A DNA stretch of 27,212 bases from Octopus sinensis. Lineage: Eukaryota. Position 1 is the first letter of the stretch, and the number at the start of each line of letters is the position of its first letter. The position numbers and the translations under genes were made by a program. Below, piece after piece: positions 22,684-27,212 of this stretch. Where the stretch lies: positions 1 to 27,212 of the forward strand of contig NW_021833346.1 of the NCBI RefSeq assembly GCF_006345805.1, read 5' to 3'. The notes beneath the pieces were generated by a model. It worked only from the letters and a program-made list of their open reading frames with translations, did no database searches and had not been told where the DNA came from.

Positions 22684-23346
22684 TGGCAGTGCTACCGAGA
22701 AGCGCTACCCGCTCGGTATAAGCTCTACAGACACGGCTCGAGAAACACGGGTCCGGCCTGCCCGAGATGCGGTAAGAGCGACGAAACCGTTCTGCACGCA
22801 ATCGTGCAGTGTCCAACAATTTCCTACCTGTGGGCTTATGTCGAACAACTGCTGTCACGTGTGGAACGAGTCGGTTTATCAGCTGAGTCTATCGTCAATA
22901 TTGTCACGCCTCCTTCCTTCAAACGGGAAGGAAGAGCTATTTTCATCATCCTTGTGGCTATGGCGAAAGAATGTATCTGGTGGACGCGTCTGAAAGGATT
23001 GGAGACAAACACTTTCCTCTCTGGTCAATCTCTCATCAACTTCTTCAAGTACCACTTGAAAAGGAAAGTGAGAGTAGAGAGGCAAGTTTTGTCCAGCGAA
23101 TGTTTTAAAAAAAGATGGGTGAATGTAGCAAGGATGGCACGTATGAATGACGAAGCCACCTTGGGTCCTATGAACCCAGAAATTGAAAACAGAGGGTTAC
23201 CCACTTGCAAACAAATGTGGTAACATATAACAATATTGACCGAGGTTACCGTGGTCTTTTTCGTAGACTTTTCATCCCCAAAAGAAAAGCTCTACCTTGT
23301 AATTTGTCCAGTCAGTGTGCAGCCCTGTGTAACTAATAAAGAAACA
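22684..23346 (+). mobile_element. 5'-truncated Tx1/L1-clade non-LTR retrotransposon (ORF2 C-terminal zinc finger plus 3' UTR)
   Basis: Open frame 22684-23223: WQCYREALP..KLYRHG..CPRCGKSDETVLHAIVQCP..LW..AKECIWWTR (zf-RVT-type CCHC); 3' end AATAAAGAAACA; (CTAT)n on both sides. Confidence 0.88.
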
Positions 23347-23429
<83 letters not shown>

Positions 23430-23449
23430 TTAAATATCAAATATCGTTT

Positions 23450-23650
23450 ATCTTTTACTTTTTCAGTCACTGGGCAGCGACCATGCTGGGGCACCACCTT
23501 GAAAGCTTCAATCGAACAAATAAAACCCCAGTGCTTATCTTTTTAAGCCTGGTACTTACTCATTCCATTGTTGAAAATCGCTAAATTAAGAGGACGTAAA
23601 CAACCTAACATCGGTTGTCAAGCGGTTGTAGGGAGCAAACATATACAAAA
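23450..23650 (-). mobile_element. 3' half of an OK-like SINE (family B)
   Basis: TCTTTTACT..CAGTCA..CCATGCTGGGGCACCACCTTGAA..AAGCCTGGTACTTA..ACATCGGTTGTCAAGCG. Confidence 0.85.
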
Positions 23651-23749
23651 GCAAGCACAGTTAAATATGCATATGTATACATACATACATACATACATAC
23701 ATACATACATGTGTGTGTGTGTATACATGTGTGTATATGTTTGTGTGAC

Positions 23750-23877
23750 TGTGTTTGTCCCCCCCCCAATGCTGGCGTGTTTATGTCCATGTAACTTAGC
23801 GGTGCACCAGCAGTCAAATGTAACTTAGCGGTGCACCACAGTCAAATGACTGATACAAATAAAAGATAAAAGATAAA
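23750..23877 (+). mobile_element. Deleted and duplicated 3' half of an OK-like SINE
   Basis: TGTGTTTGTCCCCC..GCTGGCGTGTTTATGTCC..GTAACTTAGCGGT, tandem duplication of about 30 bp, tail AAAAGATAAAAGATA. Confidence 0.8.
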
Positions 23878-23993
23878 TGTGTGTGTGTGTGTGTGATTGT
23901 GTTTGGATTAAGGATAAGGTCAGCGAGTGCACCAGGTATTCAAGGTACAAATTCCATTTCGAAAAAGAGTAGAAATTATTTTTATAAATTTTA

Positions 23994-24276
23994 GGCTATC
24001 AGATGTTGCTACAGATGTTGCTACAGATGTTGCTTCGCATTGTTTTAGCCTTCGAATGAGGCCACCCCACTGGCTAAGCGAGCAGGCCAACAGAAGAAAG
24101 AGTGAGAGAAAGTTGTGGCGAAAGAGTACAGCAGGGATCGCCACCACCCCCTGCCGGAGCCTCGTACTGCATTAGGTGTTTTCACTCAATAAACACTCAC
24201 TCAACGCCCAGTCTGGGAATCGAAACCGCGATCCTACGACCGGAGTCCGCTGCCCTAACCACTGGGCCATTGCGCC
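23994..24276 (-). mobile_element. tRNA-derived SINE resembling the octopus OR family
   Basis: Minus strand GGCGCAATGGCCCAGTGGTTAGGGCAGCGGACT..GGTTTCGATTCCC (A and B boxes); 3' end with repeated TGTAGCAACATC. Confidence 0.88.
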
Positions 24277-24457
24277 CCCACATTTATACATACATACATA
24301 TAAATTAAATTAGAGATAAAACCACTATTAGGCAAATCGAACTGTGAAAGACATAAACCAAAACATAGAAATGGAAAATAATTAATATAATATACAGAAT
24401 ATATAAAATATAAAACATATATATATGTGTGTGTGTGGTGTGTGTGTGTGTGTGTGT

Positions 24458-24489
<32 letters not shown>

Positions 24490-24573
24490 GTGTTGTGTGT
24501 GTTGTGTGTGCGTGTGTGTTGTGTGTGTTTGTGTATGTGTGTGGTGTGTGTATGTGTGTATGAATATATAAAT

Positions 24574-24609
<36 letters not shown>

Positions 24610-24656
24610 GGATATAAATATATGGATATAAATATATATATATAATATATATATAC

Positions 24657-24719
<63 letters not shown>

Positions 24720-24736
24720 TATATATAATATATATA

Positions 24737-24870
24737 TTGATTTGAAAACCCCACTAGAATGGGAGAAAGCGCTAATGATCTAAGTGATATGATATATATG
24801 TAAAAATGTAATATATAAATAAATATCTGTAAATATAAACCACCCGATCTTCTGATTACCTCATTTCTTC
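24737..24870 (+). mobile_element. Possible pLTR remnant with a degenerate hammerhead motif
   Basis: TTGAAAA-C-CCCA(CTAGAA)TGGG-A-GAAA-GCGC-TA; AATAAA at 24818; (TA)n on both sides. Confidence 0.45.
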
Positions 24871-24871
24871 T

Positions 24872-24915
<44 letters not shown>

Positions 24916-25014
24916 CATATATATATATATATATAATATATATATAATATATATCTATATATATATATATATATAATATATATATATATATTATATATAT
25001 ATAATATACACACA

Positions 25015-25236
25015 CGTTGAGAAAGAGACGTACTTCTAGAAGCACTGCCATCTATCATTAGACCGAAAGACAGAGAGATCGATGACAGACAGAGTTGGAG
25101 AGATGTATTCCTGCAATTTCGCATTGCTGCGAGAAACATATTTCGATGTGGTCATGTTTATTCCTTCTGTGAATCTGTCCAAAATATAATCTATGGCACC
25201 GTTGTAATCTATTAACACTGTTATATTCACTGTTTT
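25015..25236 (+). mobile_element. Possible pLTR remnant with a half-hammerhead motif
   Basis: TCGCA(TTGC)TGCGA-GAAAC-ATAT-TTC at 25119-25144, one change from GAAACATATGTC; flanked by (TA)n/(CA)n. Confidence 0.35.
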
Positions 25237-25281
<45 letters not shown>

Positions 25282-25481
25282 CAATATGTTACATTACTCG
25301 GTAGTTATCTGGCTATTAGCCAGATAACCGAAGAGATGGTGTTGTGGATTTCCACTTCGGCATCTGAAACTCAGAGTTTTATCTTGACTACCGAGTAATG
25401 TAAGATATTGTATAGATAAATTTCCTCTATTTACATAATATTGAGGTCTCTTTCTTTCTTTTGTTTTCTTACCGTTTTATC
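25282..25481 (+). mobile_element. Penelope-like pLTR remnant with a type I hammerhead and inverted 5' segment
   Basis: AGATAA-CCGAAGA-GATG...CATC-T-GAAA-CTCAGAG-TT-TTATCT (25322-25384), enclosed by a 24-bp inverted repeat; (TA)n on both sides. Confidence 0.7.
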
Positions 25482-25751
25482 AATATATATATATATATAT
25501 ATATATAAACAGTACTTGGAGAATAAGAACGGAACGAAACGAACGAATCGAATCGAATCGACGCGAGGGCGCTGTCATACAATAGTGTAATAAATAAAAT
25601 ATATGTATACATACATACATATATGTACGTAGCTACATCTACATGTATATATACATGCATATATAAATATATATACGTGAGTACAGGACACCACAACTAG
25701 ACGTAGAACTCAACGAGAAACGAAAACGGAAAAACAAGCATGGAACAAACC

Positions 25752-25845
<94 letters not shown>

Positions 25846-26418
25846 ATAAGGAGACCGTTAGTATGGACGGTTGTTGGTTTGCTGGTTGTATAAATTTTTC
25901 TGAAGCATTCTGACATCTTGTCTACATACAGTTAGTTGGCTGGCTGGCTGGTTGGCTGGCTGGCTAGCTGGTTCGTCACTGTATGAGTATGTACGTGCGT
26001 GTGTGTGTGCGTGTGTTTGTGTGTTTTAACAAGTGGTTGTGTCGATGGTGGTGGTGGTGGTGGTGCTGGTAATGGTAGTTGCCGTCGTTCAATTGTGGTG
26101 ATTTAATGACAGGTGAGGTGTCGGTTTTGTAATGATGCTGCTGATAATGATGTGAATGACAATGATAAAATGTTCTCCCCCACTCTCCCTCTCCCCCTCC
26201 CCCTCCCTCTCTCTCTCTCTCTCTCTGGCCAACAATAAAAGAATGGCTGAAATATTGAAAGCCTCAGAATGACTTCGGTTCAGCCTTTATCCCTTTCATA
26301 TCTCACTGCCTCTTTTTCTTTACCATAAAAAAAATATATACTTTATTTGATGAATCTTCCGAACCATTCATCTTATAGAATGTATCACTCGTATTGTCTA
26401 TCAGCCTTTCTGACATTC

Positions 26419-26904
26419 CATGGCTGCGTGGTAAGAAGCTTGCTTCACAACCAAGTGGTTCCGTGTTCAGTCCCACTGCGTGGAAACTTGGGCAAGTGTC
26501 TTCTACTGTAGCCTCGAGCTGACTAGAATCTTGTGAGTGGATTTGGTAGACAGAAATTGAAAGAAGCCCGTTGCATATATATATATATATATATATATAG
26601 ATAGATAGATAGATAGATAGATAGACAATATGTGTGTGTGTGTGTGTGTGTTTGTGTGTGTGTGTGCGTGCGTGAGTGTATGTGTGTGTATGTATGTATT
26701 TGAATGTCTGTGTTTGTCTGCATGCTGTCGTTTTACAACCGATGTTGCTGCGTTTACGTCCTTGTAAATTAGCGGTTCTGCAAAAGAGGCCGATAGAATA
26801 AGTACTAGGCTTACAAACAATAAGTCCTACGGTCGATTAGTTCGACTCAAGGCGGTGTTCCAGCATGGCCGCAAATGACTGGAGCAAGTAAAAGAATAAA
26901 AGAA
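26419..26904 (+). mobile_element. Near full-length OK-like SINE (family B) with internal microsatellite
   Basis: A-box TGGCTGCGTGG, B-box GTTCAGTCCC, CORE-like CTTGGGCAAGTGTCTT, internal (TA)(TAGA)(TG)n, 3' body and GTAAAAGAATAAAAGAA tail. Confidence 0.92.
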
Positions 26905-27011
26905 CATATATATATATATATATATTTATATACTGCAAGTAATATTCGTAGCCACTTCAACATGACTGTTCGTTCGATTGAACTAATATATATAGATCTT
27001 ATAGATGCATT

Positions 27012-27122
27012 CCTTTATTCTGTTACTTGCTTCAATCATTTAACTGCGGCCATGCTGGAGCACCGCCTTTAGTTGAAGAAATCGACCTCAGGACATATTC
27101 TTTGTAAGCCTAGTACTATCGG
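27012..27122 (-). mobile_element. 3' fragment of an OK-like SINE
   Basis: TTACTTGCTTCAATCATTT..GCGGCCATGCTGGAGCACCGCCTT..TTTGTAAGCCTAGTACT. Confidence 0.85.
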
Positions 27123-27212
27123 ATCAACTGGAAAACTCGTCGTCATAACCGACGGAGTACCAGTTTTAATTTTTATGTTATAGTCAAATGCATGAAAGTT
27201 ACACAAACAGAT

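Noticed and set aside
24200-24276. tRNA gene-like sequence (also at 8420-8484, 19095-19163, 26419-26480)
   Set aside because: A and B boxes are present but continue into SINE bodies without a full cloverleaf or T-run terminator
24737-25751. CRISPR-like repeat/spacer alternation
   Set aside because: The repeats are variable-length TA microsatellites in eukaryotic DNA; no constant repeat and no cas genes

Overview
AT-rich, microsatellite-saturated eukaryotic non-coding DNA, most likely an octopus/coleoid cephalopod intron or gene desert (inferred from tRNA-derived SINEs resembling the octopus OK/OR families). I find no convincing host protein-coding exon, and nearly all ORFs in the track are translations of simple repeats. 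The recognisable coding content consists of decayed transposon fragments: an R4/Dong-like RLE non-LTR element, a Penelope-like reverse transcriptase, the 3' end of a Tx1/L1 ORF2, and Tc1/mariner pieces. About 12 SINE copies and about 10 fragments of an older dispersed repeat are also present. Three things stand out. (1) At least seven short, mutually dissimilar cassettes sit in (TA)n tracts and carry minimal hammerhead-ribozyme motifs (Penelope pLTR/retrozyme-like); one has a fully canonical core and one is enclosed in nested inverted repeats. (2) One SINE subfamily has a 3' tail matching the 3' end of the Tx1 element in the same window. (3) An approximately 630-bp imperfect fold-back lies at 11874-12508. 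All alignments and folds were done by eye.
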